Numbered from the stretch's first letter, positions 1 through 9,927 are shown. The stretch: 64,000 bases of DNA from Longimicrobiales bacterium (GCA_965203485.1 OZ241892.1:800001-864000), one strand, 5' to 3'. Notes: generated by a model from the sequence alone, not told the origin. Numbers and translations: made by a program.

Positions 1-260
1 GGCGAGGGTCCGAAGTTGGCCGCCTGCCAGCGCCAGGCGACCTCGAGCTGGGCCACGTTGCGGGGACCGATCTGGTCGAGCGCCGAGTAGCGCGTGTTGG
101 CGGGATCTCCGCCGTAGTGGCGCCACTGGCCGTCCGTGGCGCCCTGCTGGGCCGACGCGGGCGCCGCCGGCGCAAGAAGGGCCGCGAGGCAAGCGTGGAC
201 TGTCCAGGCGGCCCGCGCGGGCGGCGCGGAGAAGCCGCGTGCGGCGAGGTTCGCGGGCAT
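1..260 (-). CDS. PQQ-dependent dehydrogenase (quinoprotein glucose dehydrogenase-like), 5' part; runs off window edge
   Basis: Manual translation from ATG 260: signal peptide ending PASA, then QQGATDGQWRHYGGDPANTRYSALDQIGPRNVAQLEVAWRW, the typical PQQ-GDH N-terminus. GGAAGG upstream. Not in the ORF track. Confidence 0.85.
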   Translation of the reverse strand, partial: MPANLAARGFSAPPARAAWTVHACLAALLAPAAPASAQQGATDGQWRHYGGDPANTRYSALDQIGPRNVAQLEVAWRWQAANFGPS

Positions 261-585
261 GTGCTGCGTCCTTCCAGGGATGCGCGGCAAGGGGTGGTTC
301 CGCTCCGGGCCGACTGACGACGGCGCCGTCGTCGCCCGGGAGCCGCGCCCTTTCTGCTCGGCCCCAAGCGGCAGTAGGTTGGATGTCCAACGTAGGGAGT
401 TTGCGGGCGGCGAGACAGCGAGCCGCCGGAAGCACGGCGAGAGCCGACGGGCGCAACGAGTCGCTGGCGGACGGCGGACCTGTGAAGGCCGCGCTTCGAT
501 CGTTCGTATTCGTGGAGGAGGCGGCCGGGGGCGGACCCGCCGAAACGGCGCCGCGGAGAAGACGAAAGAGGAGTTCATCCCGAAG

Positions 586-1149
586 ATGCTCACGGCGTAC
601 ATCTCGTGCTTCGCGGTGGGGGGCGTCCTGCTCGCCATGTCGCTGTTCGGGGACTTCCTCGACGGCGACGCGGACTTGTCGGTCGACGCCGGCGCGGCCT
701 CCGCGGCCGGTGCAGTGTCGGCGATCTTCTCCGTCCGCACGATCATCTACGCCGTCTTCGGATTCGGCGCGTGCGGAGTCGCGCTCCATCTCCTGTGGGA
801 CGGAGACAGACCTCTGGGCGCCGGGCTGGCCGCCGTCGGCACGGGGCTGGTCTCCGGCGCGCTGGCCAGCGTCGTCTTCCGCTACCTGCGAGGCACGGAG
901 GCCGGGACGATCGAAGGCGAGGAGGCGTTCGTCGGGCAGACGGGCCGGGTCGCGCTCGAGGTCGGCCCGGACAGCCCAGGGTTGGTGAGGGTCCGCCGGG
1001 GAGCGCGGCGCGTTCGGGTTCGGGCCCGCTTGGCCGCCGCCGACACTGCCGCCCATGCCTTGCGGGAGGGCCGCGAGGTCGTGGTGGTGGAGATGAAGGA
1101 CGGGGTCGCCGCCGTGACCCCGGTGGACGTGAAGCTGCTGGAGGACTGA
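586..1149 (+). CDS. NfeD-like membrane protein (flotillin partner)
   Basis: Start trimmed to MLTAYISCF in ORF 136..1149. Hydrophobic helices, then an OB-fold-like C-terminus (VGQTGRV...PGLVRV...GREVVVVEM). Directly upstream of an SPFH gene. Confidence 0.75.
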   Translation: MLTAYISCFAVGGVLLAMSLFGDFLDGDADLSVDAGAASAAGAVSAIFSVRTIIYAVFGFGACGVALHLLWDGDRPLGAGLAAVGTGLVSGALASVVFRYLRGTEAGTIEGEEAFVGQTGRVALEVGPDSPGLVRVRRGARRVRVRARLAAADTAAHALREGREVVVVEMKDGVAAVTPVDVKLLED

Positions 1150-1305
1150 ACGAGTCCAAGAAGACCCACGAGACAAGAACACCCACGGACTGGAGAACGG
1201 CCCGCCAAGGCGGCCGGAAGACCGGCAAGCGCGGCCGCCCTGCGCGCCGTTCCCAGGCGCCTGCCGCGCAACGGGCGGGCCCGCAACTAATGGAGAAAGG
1301 CCCAA

Positions 1306-2619
1306 ATGGAAACCGCACTGATGCCGGGACTCGCCATCGCGGGAATCGTCCTCTTCGTCGCAATCGTGCTGATCGCGACCGTTCGCAAGCTCATCGTCAT
1401 CGTTCCGCCCAATAGGGCCGCCGTGCTCACCGGACGGAAGCGCTCCCTCGGCGACGGCCAGACGGTGGGCTACCGCTCGATCACGGGAGGGCGCACCTTC
1501 CGCGTTCCGATCATCGAGACCGTGCAGCACGTCAACTTGGAGACGATCCCGATCGAAGTGTCGGTGAGCAACGCGTTCTCCAAGGGCAACATCCCGCTGA
1601 ACGTCGAGGCCATCGCCAACGTCAAGATCGCGTCCGAGCCCGAGTGGGTCTTCAACAATGCGGTCGAGCGCCTGCTGGGGAAGACGGAGGGCGAGGTGCG
1701 GACTCTGGCCCAGGACACCCTCACGGGCAACCTGCGCGGCGTGCTCGCGACGATGACGCCCGAAGCGGTGAACGAGGACCGCCTGGGCTTCGCAAAGGCG
1801 CTTTCCGAGGACGCGGGCGAGGACTTGGCCTCGCTGGGCTTTCACCTGGACGTGCTCAAGATCCAGAACGTCAGCGACGAGCGGGGCTACCTCGAGGCGA
1901 TCGGCCGCGAGAAGGCCGCCGAGGCCATTCGCCAAGCCGAGATCGCCGAGGCCAGGGCCGAAGCCGACACGCGCGAAGCCAGGGCGGAGGCGCGGAGGCG
2001 GGCCGACGTGATCGAGGCCGGCGCGTCGATCAAGGTTGCGGAGGCGCAGAACGAACTGCGGGTGCGCCAGGCGGAGCTGGACCAGGAGGGCGTCACGGCC
2101 GAGAAGATCGCGGGCGTGCGCGCTCGGGAAGCGGAAGTCGAGGCGGAGAGAGTCTTGGAGGCGAAGCGGGTCGAGCGCGAGGCGCAACGGTTGCGGGCCG
2201 ACGTGGTCGAACCGGCGAAGGCGGAGGAGGTCGCCGCCGTCGCCCGGGCCGAGGCCGAGGCGGCGCCGATCCTGGCGCGGGGAAAGGCGCAGGTGGAGGT
2301 GCTTCGCCGACTCTACGCCGAGGTGCGCGACGGGGGCGACGCGGCGTTCGCCGTGTTCCTGGCGGAAAAGCTCCCGGAGTTGCTCGAGACGGCGGTGGGC
2401 GCCGTGAAGGGCGTCGACATCGACCGCGTCGTGGTGATGGACGGGGGCGACGGAAGCGGCGTGTCCAATGCGCTCAACCAGCGCGTCAAGGGCGCGTACG
2501 GGACGCTGGAGGGGTTGGCGTCGGCGCTGGGCCTCGACCTCGATCAGGTGTTGCGCCGTGCAGGAGGCGGCCCCGGGGCGGAAGCGAGGGAGCTCCCGGC
2601 GGAAGTCTCGGCGGACTGA
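1306..2619 (+). CDS. Flotillin / SPFH (band 7) domain protein
   Basis: N-terminal TM helix, SPFH motifs (IPLNVEAIANVKI, NAVERLLG, GNLRGVLATMTPE) and an Ala/Glu-rich coiled coil. Confidence 0.92.
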   Translation: METALMPGLAIAGIVLFVAIVLIATVRKLIVIVPPNRAAVLTGRKRSLGDGQTVGYRSITGGRTFRVPIIETVQHVNLETIPIEVSVSNAFSKGNIPLNVEAIANVKIASEPEWVFNNAVERLLGKTEGEVRTLAQDTLTGNLRGVLATMTPEAVNEDRLGFAKALSEDAGEDLASLGFHLDVLKIQNVSDERGYLEAIGREKAAEAIRQAEIAEARAEADTREARAEARRRADVIEAGASIKVAEAQNELRVRQAELDQEGVTAEKIAGVRAREAEVEAERVLEAKRVEREAQRLRADVVEPAKAEEVAAVARAEAEAAPILARGKAQVEVLRRLYAEVRDGGDAAFAVFLAEKLPELLETAVGAVKGVDIDRVVVMDGGDGSGVSNALNQRVKGAYGTLEGLASALGLDLDQVLRRAGGGPGAEARELPAEVSAD

Positions 2620-2699
2620 TCTGTCCGGGGCGCGGCCCGCCGGGGTCGCGGACCATCAGCCTCTTTCTTCGCGTCGCCTTGGTACGTCCGCGAAGCCGT

Positions 2700-2737
2700 C
2701 TCGTTACGGTGGCGTGACATCCTCCGTCCACTATTGA
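2700..2737 (+). promoter_or_regulatory. Possible PHO-box-like direct repeat upstream of pstS
   Basis: CGTTACG (2702) and CGTGACA (2713) at 11-bp spacing, followed by a weak AT-richer -10-like stretch (CACTATTGA). Confidence 0.25.
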
Positions 2738-2892
2738 GCGGCGCCCGTCAGCCTCGTCTTGTCGTCGCAGCGTCCGTTGCCGCTCGACAGGCGGTTGCCG
2801 CCGACGAATCCGTGGGCACGCGCATCCTGGCGCCCCGGTAGGCGCATGCTCCGTTTCACCGTTCCATCGCCGCCCCGGGAGGGCCCCTGCCG

Positions 2893-3783
2893 ATGACCAA
2901 GCGAGCAGCGCGACTGCGCGCAATCCCCGTTTCCCTCTTGCTGATGTCGCTTGGATGCGGAGGCGCGAATCGTCCGCAGCGCGCCGTCATTCAGAACAAG
3001 GGTTCCGACACCCTCCTCAACGTGGCGCAGACGTGGGCGGAAGCCTACAGCGCCGCGGACGCCGACGTCCTGATCGCCGTTACCGGCGGCGGCTCCGGAA
3101 CCGGCATTTCGGCGATGATCAACGGGACCGTGGACATCGCCAACTCGTCCCGCAAGATGCGCGAGACCGAGATTGCGGCTGCGCGCGAAAACGGCGTCGA
3201 GCCGGTCGAGTTCGTCGTCGGCTACGACGCGCTGGCCATCTTCCTGCACGAGGACAACCCGATTCGGGGAATGACCCTCGGCCAGATCAGGGACGTCTTC
3301 GGCGAAGGAGGCGCAGTCGAGCGCTGGGCGGACCTGGGCGTCTCCGTGCCCGGTTGCGGCTCCGACGAGGTGGTGCGCGTCAGCCGCCAGAACAACTCCG
3401 GCACCTACGTCTACTTCAAGGAGGCCGTGCTGGGCGACGACGTGGAGTTCCGGCTGGGATCGCGCGACATGCACGGCTCGAAGGACGTGGTCGACTTGGT
3501 CGAGAACACGCCGTGCGCCATCGGCTACAGCGGCCTGGCCTACGCCACCGACCACGTCCGCATCCCGTGCGTGTCCGAGGAGGAGGGCGCCGAGTGCGTG
3601 ACGCCCACCACTGCGACTGCGGTGCAGGGAAGCTATCCCATCGCCCGTCCGCTGTTCATGTACACGGCGGGACATCCGCGGGGACCGGCGGAGGCGTACA
3701 TGAGCTGGATTCTCTCGGACGAGGGCCAGTGCGTGATCCTCGAGCGGGGCTACGCGCCGGTTCGCAAGCTGGCGTGCGGCTGA
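2893..3783 (+). CDS. pstS: Phosphate ABC transporter substrate-binding lipoprotein
   Basis: Lipobox SLGC; motifs KGSDT, GGGSGTGI, DIANSSR, RQNNSGTY, YPIARPLFMY. Confidence 0.93.
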   Translation: MTKRAARLRAIPVSLLLMSLGCGGANRPQRAVIQNKGSDTLLNVAQTWAEAYSAADADVLIAVTGGGSGTGISAMINGTVDIANSSRKMRETEIAAARENGVEPVEFVVGYDALAIFLHEDNPIRGMTLGQIRDVFGEGGAVERWADLGVSVPGCGSDEVVRVSRQNNSGTYVYFKEAVLGDDVEFRLGSRDMHGSKDVVDLVENTPCAIGYSGLAYATDHVRIPCVSEEEGAECVTPTTATAVQGSYPIARPLFMYTAGHPRGPAEAYMSWILSDEGQCVILERGYAPVRKLACG

Positions 3784-3849
3784 TCCACTCCAGGTCGCGG
3801 CCCGCCCCCGAGTCGGCGAACGCGAAGGTCGGCGCCCGCTGATCCACCG

Positions 3850-4839
3850 ATGAGCGCCCCGCAAGACGGGTCCGGCGGGTTCGCGCCGCGCGCCCAAGTC
3901 CCGGCCGTCGAACCAGCTGGCGCGCCGAGACGCGCTCGGGGCGCCGCCGCGATGGACCGCCGCGACTTTGCGTGGTACTCGGACCGGGCGGCTCAAGTCC
4001 TCATCTTCGCGGGCGGCCTGTCGGCGATTGTCTTCGTCGTCGGCATCTTCGTGTTCGTCGCCAAGGAGGGCTTGGGCTTCGTTTTCGGCCCGCTCCGGAT
4101 AGGCGAGTTCATCGCGTCGATCGCGTGGCGGCCCACGTCCCCCAACCCGACGTACGGCGCGCTGGCGCTGTTCGCTGGAACGGCCAGCGTGACGGGAATC
4201 GCCATGCTGTTCTCCGTGCCGCTGTCGCTGGGCGCGGCCTTGTACATCGGCGAGTTCGCGAAGGGCAAGCTGCGCGAGACGCTGAAGATACTGGTGGAGC
4301 TGCTTGCCGCGATTCCTTCGGTCGTGTGGGGCTTCGTCGGAATGTCGATCGTCAACCCGCTCATCATCCACGTCTTCGACGTGCCCGTGGGGCTGAGCGC
4401 GCTCAACGCGGGGCTCATCCTGGGCCTCATGGCCGCGCCGATCATGACCACGATCGCGGAGGACGCGCTCAAGGCCGTGCCCGACGGCTACCGGGAGGCG
4501 GCGGAAGCCCTGGGGGCCACGCGCTGGGAGGTGATCCGCAAGGTCGTGGTGCCTGCCAGCCGAAACGGCCTGCTCGCCGCCGTGCTGCTGGGGCTCGGCC
4601 GCGGCTTCGGCGAGACCATGGCCGTCCTGATGGCCTCGGGGCATGCGATCAACCTTCCCACCAGCCCCTTCGACTCGGTGCGGGCGCTCACGGCGACGAT
4701 CGCGGCCGAACTGGGCGACACCGCGTACGGATCGGACCACTACGGGTCGCTCTTCACCCTGGGCATCATGCTCTTCGCCGTGACGTTCGCGATCAATCTG
4801 ACCGCGGACGTCGTGGTGCGGGGGATCAGGAAGAAATAG
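3850..4839 (+). CDS. pstC: Phosphate ABC transporter permease PstC
   Basis: ELLAAIPSVVWG, EAA loop (REAAEALGATRWE), GRGFGETMAV. Confidence 0.95.
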   Translation: MSAPQDGSGGFAPRAQVPAVEPAGAPRRARGAAAMDRRDFAWYSDRAAQVLIFAGGLSAIVFVVGIFVFVAKEGLGFVFGPLRIGEFIASIAWRPTSPNPTYGALALFAGTASVTGIAMLFSVPLSLGAALYIGEFAKGKLRETLKILVELLAAIPSVVWGFVGMSIVNPLIIHVFDVPVGLSALNAGLILGLMAAPIMTTIAEDALKAVPDGYREAAEALGATRWEVIRKVVVPASRNGLLAAVLLGLGRGFGETMAVLMASGHAINLPTSPFDSVRALTATIAAELGDTAYGSDHYGSLFTLGIMLFAVTFAINLTADVVVRGIRKK

Positions 4840-4911
4840 GCCGGTGCAACGGTCGAACCGCCGCGCCGGGGGGAGCCGGGAGTTCGCGCGTGCTTCCGGG
4901 GGGCGTTAGCC

Positions 4912-5778
4912 GTGTTTCAAGCGACCTCGCTCAACCGGCGGAGCTACCGCGCCCAAGCCCTGGCCAAGGCGGTCTTCTTCTTCACGACCATGGTGCTCGT
5001 GATCCCGGTGCTGCTGGTTCTGGGAACGCTCGTTTGGCGCGGCGCGCCGGTCCTCTCGTGGGACTTCGTGTCCATGCCGCCCTCGAGCGACGGCGGAGGC
5101 GGAATCGCTCTGCCCTTGGTGGGCACGGTGTGGCTTGTCGTGGTTGCTCTGCTGGCCTCCGTGCCGGTGGGCGTCGCCGCGGCGCTGTACTTGAGCGAGT
5201 ACGCGCCGGACAACGCGCTGACCCGCGCCATCAACTTGGCGATCGTCAACTTGGCGGGCGTGCCTTCGATCGTGCACGCGCTCTTCGGGGTGGGGGCCTT
5301 CGTCCGCTTCTTCGGCTTGGGCACGAGCATCCTCGCTGCGAGTCTCACGCTCGCCGTGATGACCTTGCCGGTCGTGATCGTCGCCACGCGCGAATCGTTG
5401 CAGGCGGTGCCCCATGCCTTCCGCGAGGCGTGCTGGAACATGGGCGCAACTCGCTGGCAGACGATCCGCAAGGTGGTGTTGCCCAACTCGGTGAGCGGCG
5501 TCCTGACCGGCGTGATCCTCGAGGTGTCCCGCACAGCGGGCGAAACGGCGCCCATCATGTTCACGGGCGCAGCCGCGTTCATGCTGTTCTACCCCGAGAG
5601 CGTCATGGACCAGACGATGGCCATGTCGTTGCACCTCTACGTGATCGCGACCCAGACGCCGGGCGTGCCGGACGCGCTGCCCTACGGCGTTGCCCTCGCG
5701 CTCGTGTGCATCGTGCTGTTCATGAACGCGACGTCGATCGCGTTTCGCGTCTACCTGCGGGGCCTCAAGAAGTGGTAG
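4912..5778 (+). CDS. pstA: Phosphate ABC transporter permease PstA
   Basis: NLAGVPSIV, REACWNMGATRWQTIRKVVLP, SRTAGETAPI. Confidence 0.95.
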   Translation: MFQATSLNRRSYRAQALAKAVFFFTTMVLVIPVLLVLGTLVWRGAPVLSWDFVSMPPSSDGGGGIALPLVGTVWLVVVALLASVPVGVAAALYLSEYAPDNALTRAINLAIVNLAGVPSIVHALFGVGAFVRFFGLGTSILAASLTLAVMTLPVVIVATRESLQAVPHAFREACWNMGATRWQTIRKVVLPNSVSGVLTGVILEVSRTAGETAPIMFTGAAAFMLFYPESVMDQTMAMSLHLYVIATQTPGVPDALPYGVALALVCIVLFMNATSIAFRVYLRGLKKW

Positions 5779-6563
5779 CCCGGGCGGCGGGCGGCCCCCG
5801 CTACGACCAGCCGCCGGCGGTGGAGGTGCGCGGCCTGAGCATATCCTACCGCGGCAAGCCCGCGCTCGCCTGTGCCGACCTCGACATCTATCGCAACGAG
5901 GTCTTCGGCATCATCGGCCCGGCCAACAGCGGCAAGACGTCGTTTCTGCGCGCGCTGAACCGGATGGACGCATTCACGCCGGGCATGGACGTGCGGGGTT
6001 CGATCCGCATCAACGGCAAGGACACGCGCGAGTGGCGCAACTTGTACGCGCTGCGAAGCCGGATCGGCGTAGTCTTTCCGTTGCCCGTGGGCCTGCCGCT
6101 GACCGTCTTCGACAACGTGGCGTTTGCGCCCCGCCTGCGCGGCGTCCGCGGGAAGGCGGAACTGGAAGAGGTGGTCGAGCGCTGCCTGGTGCGCGCCGCC
6201 CTGTGGGACGAGGTCAAGGACCGGCTCGACACGCTTGGAAGCCTGCTGTCGGGAGGCCAGCAGCAACGGCTGACCATCGCCCGCGCGCTTTCGCAGGAAC
6301 CCGAGCTGCTTTTGCTCGACGAGTTCTCGATCGCGGTGGACCCGGTCACCACGATGCGGATCGAGGACGTGCTCAGGGAATTGCGCTCCGAACTCACGAT
6401 AGTGCTCGTCACGAACTTGGTGCAGCAGGCGCGCCGCCTCGCCGACCGCACGGCCTTCTTCCTGACCGGGGAAGTGGTCGAGGTTGGCAGAACCGAGGAC
6501 TTTTTTTTCGGCAAGGCGGCCGACGAGCGCACCGCGGGCTACGTCGAGGGCCGGTTTGGCTAG
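5772..6563 (+). CDS. pstB: Phosphate ABC transporter ATP-binding protein, copy 1 (degenerate Q-loop and H-switch)
   Basis: C-terminal part of ORF 3972..6563, with GTG 5772 overlapping the pstA end. GPANSGKT, ALWDEVKDRL, LSGGQQQRL, YVEGRFG. Confidence 0.9.
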   Translation: MVARAAGGPRYDQPPAVEVRGLSISYRGKPALACADLDIYRNEVFGIIGPANSGKTSFLRALNRMDAFTPGMDVRGSIRINGKDTREWRNLYALRSRIGVVFPLPVGLPLTVFDNVAFAPRLRGVRGKAELEEVVERCLVRAALWDEVKDRLDTLGSLLSGGQQQRLTIARALSQEPELLLLDEFSIAVDPVTTMRIEDVLRELRSELTIVLVTNLVQQARRLADRTAFFLTGEVVEVGRTEDFFFGKAADERTAGYVEGRFG

Positions 6564-7443
6564 CTCGGCCGGCGCCCCGGGCCCTGTTGCGGCCCGCGAG
6601 GAAGCGGGACGGTCGCGAACGCCCTCGGTCGCCGGGCCGGACGCACGCGGTCTCGGCACGGCCGACGGGCAGGGAGGCGAGTTCGCGGTCGAGACGCGCG
6701 GTCTGAACCTGTGGTACGGCGACTTCCAGGCGCTCTTCGACGTCGACTTGCAAGTGCGGCGAGGGGCGGTGACATCGATGATCGGCCCTTCGGGGTGCGG
6801 CAAGTCCACGGTGCTGCGCACGTGCAACCGCATCGCCGAGCGGCTTGGCTACGTGCGCGCGACCGGCAGCGTCCTCGTCCATGGCCGCGACGTCTTCGCG
6901 GCGGGCGTCGAGATCGCCCAGGTGCGCAGGCAGGTGGGCATGGTGTTTCAGCGCCCGAATCCCTTGCCCGTGTCGATTCGCGCCAACGTGCTGTTCGGAT
7001 TTCGCCTCCACGAAGCCAGGCGGCGCAAGGTGGGCGCCGCCGAAGAGGAGGAAGCGCTGGAGGAGGCGTTGCGGCGGGTGCTGCTGTGGGACGCGGTGAA
7101 GGACCGCCTCGACAGGCCCGCGACCGGCCTTTCGCTGGAGGAGCAGCAGAAGCTGTGCATCGCCCGCCTGCTGCCGGTCAAGCCGCGCGTGCTCCTGATG
7201 GACGAACCCTGCTCCGCCCTCGATCCCGCCGGCACCGAAGCCGTGGAGGAGATGATCAGCGAGCTGAGCGGCGACTACACGATCCTTGTCGTGACGCACA
7301 ACTTGGCCCAGGCCCGGCGCGCCTCGAGCGAGTGCATCTTCATGCTGATGGGCCGCGTCGTGGAGAGCGGCCCCACGGATGCCGTCTTCGACCGCCCGCG
7401 GCGTTCGGAGACGGCGGCCTACGTCGCAGGGCGCTACGGCTGA
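6556..7443 (+). CDS. pstB: Phosphate ABC transporter ATP-binding protein, copy 2 (degenerate signature motif)
   Basis: GPSGCGKST, GMVFQRPNP, LSLEEQQKL, LMDEPCSALDP, VTHN, YVAGRYG. TTG 6556 overlaps the previous stop; start approximate. Confidence 0.9.
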   Translation: MASSAGAPGPVAAREEAGRSRTPSVAGPDARGLGTADGQGGEFAVETRGLNLWYGDFQALFDVDLQVRRGAVTSMIGPSGCGKSTVLRTCNRIAERLGYVRATGSVLVHGRDVFAAGVEIAQVRRQVGMVFQRPNPLPVSIRANVLFGFRLHEARRRKVGAAEEEEALEEALRRVLLWDAVKDRLDRPATGLSLEEQQKLCIARLLPVKPRVLLMDEPCSALDPAGTEAVEEMISELSGDYTILVVTHNLAQARRASSECIFMLMGRVVESGPTDAVFDRPRRSETAAYVAGRYG

Positions 7444-8485
7444 CCCGCCTCGCCCGGGCGTCCGAGGCCGACCACACGCGAAACGGTCCGCGGTCCGCGA
7501 CAACGACGACGCGGCGGAAGGATTCGGCCAGCATCCTTCCCGCGGGCAGCCGCCTTTGGGTCACGACGACCAGCCGGCCGCGCGGGGCGAGCATGGCGGG
7601 CGCATGCCGCGCCAACTCGGCCAGCGCCTGCGTGCTCTGCTTCCGGCGGGCGTGGATGGGCGGATTGGACGCGACGAGATCGTAGGGGCCCTCGGCGGCG
7701 GTTGCGCCCGATCCGAGGACAAGGGTGGCTCGATGCGGGGCGGCGCCGGCGCGGACGTTGGCATCGGCGGCGGCTAGCGCAACGGCGTCGTGGTCCAGCA
7801 GGTCCGTCGAGATCGGCCCCCGGGCCCGCTCCATCGCTGCCGCGGCGACGATGCCTGTCCCCGCGCCGTAGTCCAGCAGCCGAGCTCCGGCCGGTAGCCG
7901 GGGCAGGCGCCCGGCCAGCAGGGCCGTGCCCGGATCCACGCGGCCGAACGCGAACACGCCGGGATAGTGACGCCACAGGCGGCGGCCCGCGCCCCAGTCG
8001 AGTGGCGCGTCGAGCGCCCACGACCCGAGTCCGTCCGGGCGCGGCGGGGGTTGCCGCCGCCGCGCGGACAACACTCGGCAGTGCGCCTTCGCCGCCGCCA
8101 CGCTCGGCGAGCTCGTGCCCCGAGGGAAGCGCTTGGCCGCTGAACGGATGCCGTCTCCGTTCGCGCCGTAGAGGAAGATCCGGCTGGCCCGCGCGGCGGC
8201 GGCATGCAGGAGCATCTCCGCTTCCCGCCCCGACGCTGGCATGCGCACCCAGACTTCTCCGAACGGCCCCTCCGGCGGCCAAGGCGAGCCCGCTTGCCCG
8301 ATCGTCTCGAAACGGCTCCAGCGCACGGATGCGACGCCCCTGCTCTCGAGCGCCGCCGTGAGCAGGGCGCTCGATTCGCCCATGACCAGCGCGGGCGCCC
8401 GTGGTCCGCCGCCCGCCGCCTCGTCTTCGTCCCGCAGGCGGATCCATTCGGCGGCTACCGTGGAGGCGTCGCGCCCTCCCCTCAC
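7340..8485 (-). CDS. RsmC-like class I SAM-dependent methyltransferase (MTS domain)
   Basis: C-terminal part of ORF 7340..9409: PGVFAFGRVDPGTALL, LLDYGAGTG, YDLVASNPPIH. GTG 8485 overlaps the cls stop. Confidence 0.8.
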   Translation of the reverse strand: MRGGRDASTVAAEWIRLRDEDEAAGGGPRAPALVMGESSALLTAALESRGVASVRWSRFETIGQAGSPWPPEGPFGEVWVRMPASGREAEMLLHAAAARASRIFLYGANGDGIRSAAKRFPRGTSSPSVAAAKAHCRVLSARRRQPPPRPDGLGSWALDAPLDWGAGRRLWRHYPGVFAFGRVDPGTALLAGRLPRLPAGARLLDYGAGTGIVAAAAMERARGPISTDLLDHDAVALAAADANVRAGAAPHRATLVLGSGATAAEGPYDLVASNPPIHARRKQSTQALAELARHAPAMLAPRGRLVVVTQRRLPAGRMLAESFRRVVVVADRGPFRVWSASDARARRVSRSALRRRPPSPNAAGGRRRHPWGRSPRRGPSA

Positions 8486-9927
8486 AGCAACGGTCCCAGC
8501 AGGCCTCCGGCGTTCTCGGCGAGCCGGCGCGGCCACCTGCGGCGGGTCCACCGGGCGGCGTCGACCGTCCGGCACCGGCCCAGGTAACGGTCCTGCAGGG
8601 CGCGGAGGCGCGACGCGAAGGCGCTGTCGTAGACGAGCGTCGTGATCTCGAAGTTGATGTCGAAGCTGCGGCGGTCCATGTTGGCCGTGCTGACCATGGC
8701 GAAGTCGCGGTCCACGGTCATCGTCTTGGCGTGGAGCAGCCCGTCCTCGAACTCGTGCACTTCGGCGCCTGCGTCGAGCAGCCCCTGGTAGTAGCTGCGG
8801 CTGGCCAAGCCGACCAGCAGAGAGTCGTTGCGCCGGGGCACCACGATGATCGTCGAAACGCCGCGCAACGCGGCTGTCGTGAGGGCGGCGACCGTGCCTT
8901 CGTCGGGCACGAAGTAGGGCGTCGTCAGGACGAGTTCCTCCCGGGCCGTGTGGATGGCCGACTGAATCACCCGCACGAGCGCCTGATTGCGCGAGTTGAC
9001 GCCGCTGCCGACGATCTGGAGTGCGGTGCCGGTGGCGTGGCGCACGGGCTGAATGGAGATCAGCTGGTCCAAGTTCTGGCCGCTGTCCAGATACCAATCC
9101 TCGACGAACAGAGCCTGCAAGTCGCGCACGGCGGGCCCGTCTATGCGAAGCGTGGCGTCGATCCACGGCGCAAACCTCGGCTTGGGATGAAAGGCGGCCG
9201 ACGCCACGTTGTGACTTCCCGTGTAGCCTACCCTTCCGTCCACGACCACGATCTTGCGATGATTCCTCATGTCGAAGCGAATGGAAGCGATTTGGTCGAT
9301 GCGCGTCGGAAGCCCGCCGACGACCTCCACTCCCGCCCGCTTCATCTTCCGGCAGAGGTCCGACTTCAGAAACGCCGCGGAGCCGACGTTGTCGGCCAGT
9401 AGCCGACACTCCACCCCCCGGCCAGCCCGCTCCATCAGAGCCCGCCCGATTCTGCGCCCCACTGCATCGTCCAGATAGATGTAGAAGAGCAGGTGCACGT
9501 GCTTGCGGGCCCCGGCGATGTCGTCTGCCAGGGCGTTCACGAAGTCGTCGGTTCGGGCCAGCAGCGCGAGGCGGTTGCCGGCCCGCGGCTCGGTGTCGCT
9601 CACGAGCCTCGCCAGCCTAGCTACGGCGCGGTGGGTGCCGTTGGCCAGCGATGGCGCGGCGACGTCTCCCCATGCCTGCGACAGCACGCTCCGGATGCTG
9701 CCTTGAATGATTCTGTGCCGACGTTTTCTCTTGCTCCCAGGCCGCACTTCGCCGACCGCCAAGTACAGCGCGACGCCGACGAGGGGCAACACCACGATCA
9801 CCAAGATCCAAGCCATCGACGAGGTTTGGCGCACGCGAGGCCGAAGAAGAACGAAGACCACGAACACCAACTGCAACGCGACGACGGCGCTCGCCGCCAA
9901 GGCCAGCACGGCGCTCAGGCCCGTCAT
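8482..9927 (-). CDS. cls: Cardiolipin synthase
   Basis: Two N-terminal TM helices (PLDc_N) and two HKD motifs (RNHRKIVVVDG, LHAKTMTVD); TPYFVP; NMDRRSFDINFE. Confidence 0.93.
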   Translation of the reverse strand: MTGLSAVLALAASAVVALQLVFVVFVLLRPRVRQTSSMAWILVIVVLPLVGVALYLAVGEVRPGSKRKRRHRIIQGSIRSVLSQAWGDVAAPSLANGTHRAVARLARLVSDTEPRAGNRLALLARTDDFVNALADDIAGARKHVHLLFYIYLDDAVGRRIGRALMERAGRGVECRLLADNVGSAAFLKSDLCRKMKRAGVEVVGGLPTRIDQIASIRFDMRNHRKIVVVDGRVGYTGSHNVASAAFHPKPRFAPWIDATLRIDGPAVRDLQALFVEDWYLDSGQNLDQLISIQPVRHATGTALQIVGSGVNSRNQALVRVIQSAIHTAREELVLTTPYFVPDEGTVAALTTAALRGVSTIIVVPRRNDSLLVGLASRSYYQGLLDAGAEVHEFEDGLLHAKTMTVDRDFAMVSTANMDRRSFDINFEITTLVYDSAFASRLRALQDRYLGRCRTVDAARWTRRRWPRRLAENAGGLLGPLL

